Positions 53,750 through 62,907 of a stretch of DNA of 64,000 nucleotides are shown one piece after another. Each line of letters starts with the position of its first letter. The first letter of the stretch is position 1. The notes below the pieces were generated by a model. It worked only from the letters and a program-made list of their open reading frames with translations, did not search any database and had not been told where the DNA came from. This stretch comes from an uncultured delta proteobacterium. GTDB lineage: Bacteria; Desulfobacterota; RBG-13-43-22. The position numbers were made by a program, and so were the translations under genes. The stretch covers positions 192,001 to 256,000 of the forward strand of contig CAWDKY010000016.1 of NCBI GenBank assembly GCA_963802945.1, in the 5' to 3' direction.

Positions 53750-54683
53750 GGGTCAGGTCTATTTTTTCAACATTATTTATTTTACCTGTGTCCGTATAAT
53801 ACGGCTTATTGAAGAAAAATGTAATCCTAAATACGCAGAAACTTGCTTCTGGGTGTAACCGTGTCTCTCCACTGCCTTCAATATCCGTTTATTTCTTGCT
53901 TCCTTTTTTCGAATCAATTCGGGGATAATATTTTTTCCAGACTGGGTCTGTTAATAAAACGTTGGCTTTTTGATATGTCGGGAATTGCCTCTTTCCCCTT
54001 CAGATGATCTTTTAAACGTTCCACAAAAGAATCCTCCCCTAGGATGCTCTGAGCTCTCAAATCCTTCCAAATAGATTCCGATCTTATTCCAGCCCTAACA
54101 AACTGGCGATAGATTCCTTCCGCCTTCATTCTTTTGGGTGAAAGTTGCCCTAAGATCCCATCAACGGTAAGGCAGGAGGGCTTACTTCGCTGCCCTGCTG
54201 TAGCCGCATAGCTGCTCCATTTCCACTGGTTCGGGTTTTTTATGAGTTTTGCCCTTACCGGATTCAGTACGATATAACGGGAAACTTCAAGAAGATGGCT
54301 ATCTTTTTGCACCAGAATACCCTTGAATCTCCCCTGGAATAAATGACCAACGGTTCCATGTCGCTTATTGAACAACTGGGTAAACACCCCATTTAATTGT
54401 CTCATCCCAATGGAAAGGTTTCCATCAGGTGTTTCGATAAGCAAATGATAATGATTATTCATCAGACAATAGGCATGGCAGAGCCAGTTATAGCGCGTGT
54501 TAACCTGGTAAAGGATTTTGAGGAAATCCTCACGGTCGTGATCATCCTTAAAAATCTCATTTTTGTTATTTCCTCGGCTGGTCACATGATAAAAAGCCCC
54601 GGGAAATACTATGCGTAGAGGACGTGCCATGAGTATCCTATATCATTACTATATCTTCAATGTCAAGAAAATAGACCTGACCC
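53750..54683 (-). mobile_element. RAYT / IS200-like Y1 transposase element (CDS 53777-54630, frameshifted) with 16-bp terminal inverted repeats
   Basis: MARPLR, YHVTSRGN, AYCLMNNHYHLL (HUH), YIVLNPVRA, WSSY, C-terminal HTH; gggtcaggtctatttt / aaaatagacctgaccc. Confidence 0.85.
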
Positions 54684-54704
54684 TAATTCCCGCGCCGCAG
54701 GCGG

Positions 54705-54764
54705 CGCCAACGGCGGGCATCACCGGAGTGCGTCAGCGTGTCCGTGTGCATGCCATCGTTGGGC
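54705..54764 (-). other. Integron attC site (60 bp)
   Basis: Minus strand GCCCAAC-GATGG-CATGCAC-ACGGA...TCCG-GTGATG-CCCGCC-GTTGGCG with R''/L''/L'/R' boxes and extrahelical bases, 5 nt after a stop codon. Confidence 0.88.
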
Positions 54765-54769
54765 TTATT

Positions 54770-55636
54770 TTAATCATCAGATTTTGATAGTTGTCTGATC
54801 ACTTGCTTAAGCTCTAGGATCTCAATTGATTGTGGGCAACCAGACCAGTTATGACGCCAGCAGACTATAATGTCACAGCCCTCAGGTGAATGTCCATGGT
54901 CCTTAAAGTTACGGCTTTCATATTCAAATTCAATCCTGACACGCTGCCATTTCCCAGCAGCAATTTGCTGTTTAGCTTCGCAGTCCGGGAAACCCGCTTG
55001 AACAGACTCAACATAATAACCAAGTTCTTTTGCGACCATTCCAAAGAGAAATATCACTCCATTTTCATTTATTGGCTCATGCCTTAACCCACGAAAGTCA
55101 ATTGGATTACCATAGGTTGGGCTACTTTCTAACTTTGTATGATGTGGAATAGACCGGCTGTGTGTAGGTTCATCACTTTCGCGTTCTATTTCACTCTGTA
55201 TAGATAAGGTTGATGATTGAGATGGTGGCAGAGGCATGAGTGCAATAACATCAGCCCATTCAGGTTTGCTCATGGCGAACTTTCGAAAATAATCCGGGAT
55301 GGAGGACCATGGCCCAAAGTGACTTGCAAAAGTGTTAACTCCGAAATTTCCTTCACGCCTATATTGATGTCTAGTTGGAATTTCTCTGTTCTTACGGACT
55401 AATTCTCCCCAATCTTGGAGTAGTTCAATATCTTCAATACGGATGTTTGTATCATCTGATTGTATCCCGGCTGCTTTTAGTGCAGCTCTCCAACTTTTGA
55501 AGTGAGTAAGTACTTTATATTCACTTATTCCAGAGTGTGAAATAAACTTTGAGCGCGACAATGGTTGCCCAAGTTCTTGAGCAGCTTTACGAATTGCATC
55601 GAGTATTTCATCTCGCGTTGGCATATTTTCTGTCAT
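54770..55636 (-). CDS. Gene cassette: two homing-endonuclease-associated repeats plus a PD-(D/E)XK-like nuclease domain
   Basis: HFKSWRAALKAAG and HFGPWS repeats; GFPDC...RIEFEYESRNF..H..CDIIVCW. Confidence 0.65.
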   Translation of the reverse strand: MTENMPTRDEILDAIRKAAQELGQPLSRSKFISHSGISEYKVLTHFKSWRAALKAAGIQSDDTNIRIEDIELLQDWGELVRKNREIPTRHQYRREGNFGVNTFASHFGPWSSIPDYFRKFAMSKPEWADVIALMPLPPSQSSTLSIQSEIERESDEPTHSRSIPHHTKLESSPTYGNPIDFRGLRHEPINENGVIFLFGMVAKELGYYVESVQAGFPDCEAKQQIAAGKWQRVRIEFEYESRNFKDHGHSPEGCDIIVCWRHNWSGCPQSIEILELKQVIRQLSKSDD

Positions 55637-55655
55637 TTTAATTTATTCTCCATGA

Positions 55656-55693
55656 GCCCAACATGGGCTTCAGCGGGAAGCCCATGGTTATAG
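55656..55693 (-). other. Shortened attC site (38 bp)
   Basis: CTATAAC-CATGGGCTTC-CCGCT-GAAGCCCAT-GTTGGGC; the R'' box overlaps the stop codon of the upstream gene. Confidence 0.72.
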
Positions 55694-56320
55694 CTTCTTT
55701 ACGTCAGGGAAACACCCTGCCATCCTCCCCATTATGACGATTAAGTAGAGATACGATTGAAAACAAACAAAATCGCATAGCTCCGGTTCGTTGAGAACCT
55801 TACCAACAGAATAACCAAACCCACCGGCAGGGAGACTCACCAGATTGTAAGCTGAGCCCATAGGGTCGCCATGGGTCAAGGAATTGAAGGTGTTGCAGAT
55901 GTCCTGAGCTTGTTTTGTGTCCACCTCTTTACTCATGGTGGTTAGCATTGTGGCAAGACTGGGACGTTCCTTATGCCGCCAACCATTCTGCCACAAAGAG
56001 ACTTCTTGAGGTTTTTCATGCAGGTACGAAATGATGGCGGCTCGCTCGATGAGGGGGCGCATGAGAACGGCTGCGGCAAATAGATAACCTTGGCGGACCA
56101 GTTCCCGAATGCTCAAGGCCAAATTAATACCCTGCGGGATAAGCTGGCAAGCCGCTTTCTGCAAGTCATTCATCTCGTTTTTATGCGTATAGGCTGCAAT
56201 CTCAGCATTTGCTTCCAAGCAAGACAGAATAACCTGGTCGAAGTGAAAGACAGACTCTCTCCCAAGATACGGTTCGTTGTCCGGAGTGAATACAGGTGCT
56301 TTTTTCGATGCCTCATTCAT
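55688..56320 (-). CDS. Gene cassette: DUF5677-like helical protein
   Basis: AAAVLMRPLIE and NSLTHG motifs; ATG 56320 lies 13 nt after core site GTTATAG. Confidence 0.6.
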   Translation of the reverse strand: MNEASKKAPVFTPDNEPYLGRESVFHFDQVILSCLEANAEIAAYTHKNEMNDLQKAACQLIPQGINLALSIRELVRQGYLFAAAVLMRPLIERAAIISYLHEKPQEVSLWQNGWRHKERPSLATMLTTMSKEVDTKQAQDICNTFNSLTHGDPMGSAYNLVSLPAGGFGYSVGKVLNEPELCDFVCFQSYLYLIVIMGRMAGCFPDVKKL

Positions 56321-56511
56321 CTTCTTTTTCCTGCTATAACAAATTATTGAACAGTTTTCTGGATAATAACATGAAGTTTCAGTATATTCAATAAAATAGA
56401 AAAAATATCTAAACGTAACCACATAAATTTATTATACTTATACGCTTGTATAACATACCTTTCTTGCTGTTTTCCAGTTTCTGTTTAACTTCCTTCAAGA
56501 ACTTTGAGTTT

Positions 56512-56847
56512 TTATATTTTTGAACGGATGAGTCTATTTAACAGTATATCTTCAATGTTTGGTCGTGAATCCAAAACAGAAAGCACATAAACATTCTTTT
56601 CAGATATTCTATAAAGGATTCTCCAGGGTGGAACAATCAATTCCCGATACTGTAGGATACCATGATCCTGCAACTCCGGAACGATGCGGCCTCTTTCCGG
56701 AAAGTTATAAAGGCTGGAGGCTTTTTGTTTTAGGTTGTTGAATATCCTCACGGCTTCCGATAGGCTGTCATCCGCGATATATTCGATAATACTTTTTAAA
56801 TCATCCTCGGCAATATTGGACCAGACAACTCCGTATTTGGGCTTCAT
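56512..56847 (-). CDS. RelE/ParE-family toxin
   Basis: AEDDLKSIIEYIA, FPERGRIVPE, RELIVPPWRILYR. Confidence 0.9.
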   Translation of the reverse strand: MKPKYGVVWSNIAEDDLKSIIEYIADDSLSEAVRIFNNLKQKASSLYNFPERGRIVPELQDHGILQYRELIVPPWRILYRISEKNVYVLSVLDSRPNIEDILLNRLIRSKI

Positions 56848-57125
56848 TTCATCTTTTCTTTCAGAAGATGATCCATATTTTTAAAAACTTCCTGCTGAGA
56901 TTTTACTTTCCCTTCCCGTATTTCCTGTTCACCCTGGGATATCAATTTTAATATTCCGATAGCATTCCGCATATCCTCATAACTTTTAGGATCTTGCAGA
57001 ATGGCTTTGGGCTCTCCGTTTTGAGTAATGATAACCGGACGATGGGTTTCATTGATTTGTTTTAACAGATCGGATGCTCTTGCCTTAAGGTAGGTTACTG
57101 GTTTTATGTCCTGGAAAATATTCAT
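56844..57125 (-). CDS. Phd/YefM-family antitoxin
   Basis: DIKPVTYLK, PVIITQNGEPKA. Confidence 0.9.
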   Translation of the reverse strand: MNIFQDIKPVTYLKARASDLLKQINETHRPVIITQNGEPKAILQDPKSYEDMRNAIGILKLISQGEQEIREGKVKSQQEVFKNMDHLLKEKMK

Positions 57126-57419
57126 AAGATCACCTCCGGTCTATTTATAGTACCAAATTAAGACCGATGTCAAGTCGGAATTTTAATCTTACTCATCCAC
57201 AATAATAAATAGCCTTGAGTATTCTTGGGGTCAAGGGTCAGGCATAAAAGTATTTGAAGTCTTAGCGAAGGATTCAGATTTCGGTCAGTTTTTTTAGCGC
57301 AGAAATAAACCCTAAACTATACCTTGGGTTTGACTGTTCTCCGCCATACCGGACCCCGTATCAAGTACGGGGCAGGCCCGATCCGGAATCCAGTCTTTTC
57401 AACCTGGATTCCCGCTTTC

Positions 57420-57561
57420 GAGACTGTGTCGTAATAGCGGACAGCGCCATCAAAGCCGTCATGCCGGCGAAAGCCGGCATCCAGAACTTAATGAAAATAC
57501 TGGATTCCGTGTCGCGTTTCGATTGCACGGAATGACAAAAATATAATTGCGACACAGTCTC
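57420..57561. mobile_element. MITE with TIRs and 3-bp TSD, inserted into a palindromic repeat
   Basis: GAGACTGTGTCGtAAT / ATTgCGACACAGTCTC flanked by TTC at 57417-57419 and 57562-57564. Confidence 0.75.
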
Positions 57562-57763
57562 TTCGCGGGAATGACGACACTAGAACTATTATAACCCTAC
57601 TATTGCAACACGACACTAGCAGTATTTAGAGTAATGGAGAAGGTTTTGGATTTTGGTCAGATTAGTTGGGTTCGTGATTAAAAATTAAATTCCGGATTTG
57701 AAAACAAGCAGCTAAAATCTTTTAGGCATGAATGTCTTTTGACGATCGTTTCATTGACACGAT

Positions 57764-58477
57764 TCATTTACCCAGATAAGCCCGGCGGACCTGGTCATCG
57801 GCCAGAAGCTCGTGGGCCGGGCCTTCCAAGGCAATCGCTCCGGTTTCCAGTACATAGCCGTATTGGGCCACCTGCAAAGCGGCCCGGGCATTTTGTTCAA
57901 CAAGAAGAATGGTGGTCTCTTGATCGTTGAGACGGCGGATCACCTTGAATATTTCATGGACGAACAAGGGTGCCAGTCCCATAGAGGGTTCATCCAAAAG
58001 CAGGAGTTTGGGACGGGACATCAGGGCCCTGGCTATGGCCAACATCTGTTGTTCTCCCCCGCTCATAGTTCCGGCCAATTGTTTGGAGCGTTTTCTTAGG
58101 ATGGGGAATAGATCATAAATCCAATCCAGTTTTTCTTCGATCTCATGTTTAAATTTCCGATTGTGATACAAATAAGCCCCCAAATGCAGATTATCCAATA
58201 CGGTCAGATGGGAAAACAACTGCCGGCCTTCCGGAACCTGAGAAATCCCCATGGAAACAATCTTGGCCGGAGCATATTGAACGATGTTGGTTTCCTGATA
58301 CCAAACAGCCCCGCTATTGGCTTGAATCACACCGGATATGGTTTTAAGCAAAGTGGACTTTCCGGCGCCATTGGCCCCAATAATAGTCACAATATCGCCT
58401 TCTCCCACCTTAAGGGAGATGTTTTTTAAGGCCTGAATCGTACCGTAAAAGGCATTGACACCCTCCAGCTTAAGCAT
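57764..58477 (-). CDS. livF: Branched-chain amino acid ABC transporter ATPase
   Basis: GANGAGKST, VPEGR, MSGGEQQML, DEPSMGLAP. Confidence 0.93.
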   Translation of the reverse strand: MLKLEGVNAFYGTIQALKNISLKVGEGDIVTIIGANGAGKSTLLKTISGVIQANSGAVWYQETNIVQYAPAKIVSMGISQVPEGRQLFSHLTVLDNLHLGAYLYHNRKFKHEIEEKLDWIYDLFPILRKRSKQLAGTMSGGEQQMLAIARALMSRPKLLLLDEPSMGLAPLFVHEIFKVIRRLNDQETTILLVEQNARAALQVAQYGYVLETGAIALEGPAHELLADDQVRRAYLGK

Positions 58478-59246
58478 AGTCGATCTCCCCGCCCAAATAG
58501 GCTTCGATTACCAGGGGATCGTTTTGAATAAGCTCCGGAGGGCCTTCAGCAATCTTCTGCCCGTAATTGACCACCATGATTTCATCCGAAACCTTCATTA
58601 CCAACCGCATATCGTGCTCAACCAACAGAATGGTGATACCCCGATCCCGGATGGAGTAAAGCAGTTCCGACAGGCCGTTGGTTTCCGATTCATTGAGGCC
58701 GGCCGCCGGTTCATCCAAAAGCAGCAACTGAGGGTCAGAGGCCAAGGCCCTCAGGATCTCCAAAGTTTTTTGTTCTCCCAGGGGCAGGCTGGAGGCAGGA
58801 AGATGGGCCTTGGAAGAGAGCCCGGCCATCGTAAGTAGATTCATAGAGCTTCGGAAAATTTGGGACTCTTCTCTTTTCATGCGGGGCAGACGCAGGCCCG
58901 AGGCCAGCAAACCGCTGCTGAACCGGCTGTGACAACCCACCATGACGTTTTCCAGAACATTCATATTTTCAAAGAGGTCAATAGTCTGGAAGGTCCGGGA
59001 AATACCCATTCCGGCGATACGGTGAGGTTTCTGATTGGTGATGTCTTTCCCCTGAAAAAAAATCTGCCCTTCGGAGACTGGATAAATTCCTGAAATTAAG
59101 TTAAAGAAAGTGGTTTTCCCCGCACCGTTAGGGCCGATGATCGATTTGATCCGACCGGATTCAACCTCGAAGGATAAATCGACGATAGCCAGCAGACCTC
59201 CGAAGGCCTTTTTAAGGTTTTCAATCTTTAAGAGAGAGTCCGCCAA
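58470..59246 (-). CDS. livG: Branched-chain amino acid ABC transporter ATPase
   Basis: GPNGAGKTT, RTFQ, DEPAAGLN, VIEAYLG. Confidence 0.93.
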   Translation of the reverse strand: MADSLLKIENLKKAFGGLLAIVDLSFEVESGRIKSIIGPNGAGKTTFFNLISGIYPVSEGQIFFQGKDITNQKPHRIAGMGISRTFQTIDLFENMNVLENVMVGCHSRFSSGLLASGLRLPRMKREESQIFRSSMNLLTMAGLSSKAHLPASSLPLGEQKTLEILRALASDPQLLLLDEPAAGLNESETNGLSELLYSIRDRGITILLVEHDMRLVMKVSDEIMVVNYGQKIAEGPPELIQNDPLVIEAYLGGEIDYA

Positions 59247-59248
59247 AA

Positions 59249-60199
59249 TCAGGTCTTTCTTGGCCTAAAAAGTTTTCGGATCAAAACGGGCGTGCCTTCT
59301 AAGATTCCCTCGGGCATGAATAATAAGATGGTGAGTAAGATGGCCCCATAGACCAGGATGTCGTATTGATTAAAGACCCGCAAGTACTCCGGCAGGAAAG
59401 TCAATAAGCAAGCCCCTAAAATGGCCCCCCAAATATTATGAATCCCGCCGATAACGCCCATCATGAGGAACATGATGGAAACCATCAGGTCGAAATTATT
59501 GGGAGAAATAAAAGATACAAAATGGGCATAGAGACTGCCGGCAATGGAGGCATAAACTGCGCTGAGGACAAAGATTTGAATTTTCAACAAGGAAAGATTC
59601 ACCCCCATGGCGCTGGCTGCGGTTTCGCTGCCGTGCATGGAACGAAGGGCCCGTCCGACCCGGGAATGAATGACATTCAAAGAAAAAAGAAGGGCCAGAA
59701 GATTAATGCCCCAGATCAGGTAATAAAATCGAAAACTGGTATTGAACTGAAAATTCCCCAAATGAAGGCCGGGAATATTGGATAGGCCGGAAGGCCCCCC
59801 GGTTAATTCCATCCACTCATTGAATATAATAAAGACAATTTCCCCGATTCCCAGCGTGGCCACCGCCAAATAATGTCCTTTGAGACGCAAGGCCGGGATA
59901 CCTATAATAATGGCCACCAGTACTGATAAAAAAATACCTCCCAAGAAAGATAAATAAATGGAAAATCCGAAATGGGTCGTCAATACTCCCGTACAATAGG
60001 CCCCGATCCCATAGAAAGCGGCATGCCCGAGGGAGATCTGACCGGCATAGCCCATGAGCAGGCTTAAGCCCATAACGACTAGGCTGTTAATGCCCATAAA
60101 TACCAGGACACTTAGAAAATAATCGCCACGGATAAAAAAGGGAAGGACGGCCACGGCAATGCTCAAGCCCAGAAGTTTAAAATAATTTTTTCGACCCAT
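59249..60199 (-). CDS. livM: Branched-chain amino acid ABC permease
   Basis: GYAGQISLGHAAFYGIGAY, LTGGPSG, SRVGRAL. Confidence 0.92.
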   Translation of the reverse strand: MGRKNYFKLLGLSIAVAVLPFFIRGDYFLSVLVFMGINSLVVMGLSLLMGYAGQISLGHAAFYGIGAYCTGVLTTHFGFSIYLSFLGGIFLSVLVAIIIGIPALRLKGHYLAVATLGIGEIVFIIFNEWMELTGGPSGLSNIPGLHLGNFQFNTSFRFYYLIWGINLLALLFSLNVIHSRVGRALRSMHGSETAASAMGVNLSLLKIQIFVLSAVYASIAGSLYAHFVSFISPNNFDLMVSIMFLMMGVIGGIHNIWGAILGACLLTFLPEYLRVFNQYDILVYGAILLTILLFMPEGILEGTPVLIRKLFRPRKT

Positions 60200-60209
60200 G
60201 GACGACCTC

Positions 60210-61104
60210 TTAAAATTCTTTGACCTTCCCCACCTCTTCGCTGCCGAAAATGCCGCTGGGTTTGAGAAAAAGGACCAGGATCAAAATGACCAAAGCAATG
60301 GCATCCTTAAAACCTGAAGAGATAAATCCGGCCGAGAAGGACTCAACGATCCCAATAATGAAGCCGGCCACAACCGCGCCCGTTCCCAGACCCAACCCCC
60401 CGAGTACCGCCGCGCAAAAGCCTTTCAGGGCCAGCAGCGGCCCGCGGTCATATTCCATCAAGGCAATCGGGGTAATGGCCGCACCGGCGATGGCTCCCAA
60501 GGTGGCACTGAGGGCAAAAGAAAGAAGGATCATTTGGGAGACATTGATCCCCACCAGGCTGGCTGCCAAGCGGTTTCCGGCGCAGGCGCTCATGGCTTTA
60601 CCGGTTATGGTTCTATTAAAGAATAGATTCATCAGGATAACGGAGAGCAGGGAGAGACCCAAAACCCAGAATATCTGAGGCTGAATCGCCGCCCCGGCAA
60701 TCACGATGGGTTGTCCTGAAGAAAAAGGCGGAAGGCTATAAGGATTTTTCCCCCAGATAAACATGGCAATCCCGCGGAAAAAGATAGAGACGGCCACGGT
60801 TACAATGAGGAGAGTGATTAAAGAAGCTTGCTTCAGGGGATTGATGAATACCCGTTCATAAATTATTCCAATCACCGTGACCAGGGCCAAGGTGACTAAA
60901 AAAGCCAGAATTAAAGGAAGCCTCAGGGTGGCGGTCAAAAAGACCATAATCAATCCACCGAACATGACAAATTCACCTTGGGCCAGATTGATGAGCCCGG
61001 TGGCATTATAAATGATGGTAAATCCCAATCCGACCATGGCATAGATACTGCCCACGGTTAAACCCGGTCACCAGATATTGAATAATTTGACTCTGGAGAT
61101 CCAT
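60210..61104 (-). CDS. livH: Branched-chain amino acid ABC permease (5' frameshift)
   Basis: GSIYAMVGLG, INLAQGE, GFCAAVLGGLG, KPSGIFG; likely start ATG 61104. Confidence 0.9.
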
Positions 61105-61196
61105 AAGATAAGGTCCACGGTTTAAGGTTTAAGGTTCAAGGTTAAGAATTTTGGTACCAACTTGAGCCTTTACCTTCCTTACCTTGAACCATTTTA

Positions 61197-62402
61197 TTAT
61201 TTGGCAAATGCCCAATCACCTTTAACAACCTGAATCATTTCAAAGGCCGTTTGATCTAATCCGGTATGATCCAAACGGTTCATGGTAAAAATTCCGGCTG
61301 TCCCGGGCCACTTTTTGATATTGTTCTCGAGGTAATTACGAACCTTGGCCTTATCGGTACCCACATGTTTAATGGCTTCGATCAGCATATAAATCGCATC
61401 ATAGCCATAACCGCCAAAAGAGGAGACCTCGGCTTTAAACCGTTTTTCATATTCCTGGGCGTATTTGGAAAGGACCTCATATTGAAGATGATTTTTCGGC
61501 AGTTTATCCCAGACCACCAGCCGTCCCAGGGGGCAGATTACACCCTCAGCAGCTCCGCCGGCCAATTTGATATTCTCCTTGCTGCCAAATCCGTGGCTTT
61601 GATAAAGAGGAATGCCCATGGCCAGGGCTTTCCAATTTTTAGTGACCACAATCTGGGGCGGCCCGATCGACCAATTAATAACCGCCTGGGCACCAGAGGC
61701 CTTGATCCGGGTGAGTTGGGCGGTCATATCCGCATCCTTCGGCCCATAGACCTCGTCGGCCACAACGGTGATCCCGTATTTTGGGGCCATCCTTTTGAGT
61801 TCGCTTCGGCCGGTTGCCCCAAAACCGGCACTGACGGTGATGATGCCGACCTTGTATATCCTCTTTTTTTCCATATAACCATAGATAGCCTCAACGGCGG
61901 AATGATCGGTTTGGGCGGTTTTAAAGATCCAGGGCCGCTGAACTCTGGGGGTTTCAAAGGCCGCCCTGGGACTGGCAATAATGCGTTTGTATTCTTCATC
62001 CGGGGTGACGATTTGAAGGGCGGCCGCCATGGAAATCATGGGAATTTCCCCTTTTTCACAGATGGGGGCCATGGCCATAGACTCCCCCGTGGTAGAAGAA
62101 CCGATGATGGCCACGACTTGATCTTTGTCGATCAGCTTTTTCGTAGCTAGAACGGCCTCACTCTCTCCGCTTTTGGAATCTTCAATGATAATTTCAATGG
62201 GCCGCCCATTAATCCCCCCTTGCTTATTGATCCAATCCTGGACCATGAGAGCAGTATTTTTCTCAGGTTCACCTAAGAAAGAAGCCCCTCCGGTAATAGA
62301 GGCCACAAATCCAATCTTAATGGGTTCGGCCGCAGATAACGAACCAATGAATGCAAAGGGTAACAATAAAATTGCCAAGAAAACGAAATATTTTTTTTTC
62401 AT
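61197..62402 (-). CDS. LivJ/LivK-type ABC substrate-binding protein
   Basis: Signal peptide, IKIG, INKQGGINGRPIE. Confidence 0.9.
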   Translation of the reverse strand: MKKKYFVFLAILLLPFAFIGSLSAAEPIKIGFVASITGGASFLGEPEKNTALMVQDWINKQGGINGRPIEIIIEDSKSGESEAVLATKKLIDKDQVVAIIGSSTTGESMAMAPICEKGEIPMISMAAALQIVTPDEEYKRIIASPRAAFETPRVQRPWIFKTAQTDHSAVEAIYGYMEKKRIYKVGIITVSAGFGATGRSELKRMAPKYGITVVADEVYGPKDADMTAQLTRIKASGAQAVINWSIGPPQIVVTKNWKALAMGIPLYQSHGFGSKENIKLAGGAAEGVICPLGRLVVWDKLPKNHLQYEVLSKYAQEYEKRFKAEVSSFGGYGYDAIYMLIEAIKHVGTDKAKVRNYLENNIKKWPGTAGIFTMNRLDHTGLDQTAFEMIQVVKGDWAFAK

Positions 62403-62907
62403 AAATTCCTCCTTCTTTCACTATATAATAAGTAAATTCTCCTTCGATTCGATTAAGCCCTAATTTTCATTTTCTTTATTGAAAAATTCCTTGCACTCCT
62501 TTTACTTAGACTCTCAAATATCTCCACAGTAAAGGCAGTATGTATCTTTTGGTAAAAATTGGACCTAAAGTAAAAGTGTATATTATTAATATAAATAAAT
62601 AAATCCTGTCAAGCATTTTAATTCAGAGCTTTATATATGCATTTAAACCGATTAGAAACCATTGGACTTTCACGTCCAATGGTTTCTGATTCTCTACTTA
62701 GATTCTGATGAGGAACGTTTTTTTATCAACCGTGATTCAAAATCAAATTCCATTAAAATAAAAACTTGACACGGAAAAAAACCTTGACTATATGATGTTA
62801 GATAAAATCAATCAAAAAACTGTTGCCCGTCTGTAAAAATCGAGGGAAAATAGTAAATTATCTACCGACCCTTCCAAGCTGATTGGATGGGCAGAAAAGG
62901 AGGAAAC

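Noticed and set aside
5620-61104. Numerous frameshifts (glgP, lysC, cimA, livH, GT2 and others) as programmed frameshifting or mass pseudogenisation
   Set aside because: They hit conserved housekeeping genes, often at homopolymers, with motifs intact on both sides; sequencing or assembly indels are the simplest explanation
61266-62150. Long antisense ORFs (e.g. 61266-62150, 43890-44555, 5611-6168)
   Set aside because: Shadows of well-supported genes on the opposite strand, with no recognisable motifs
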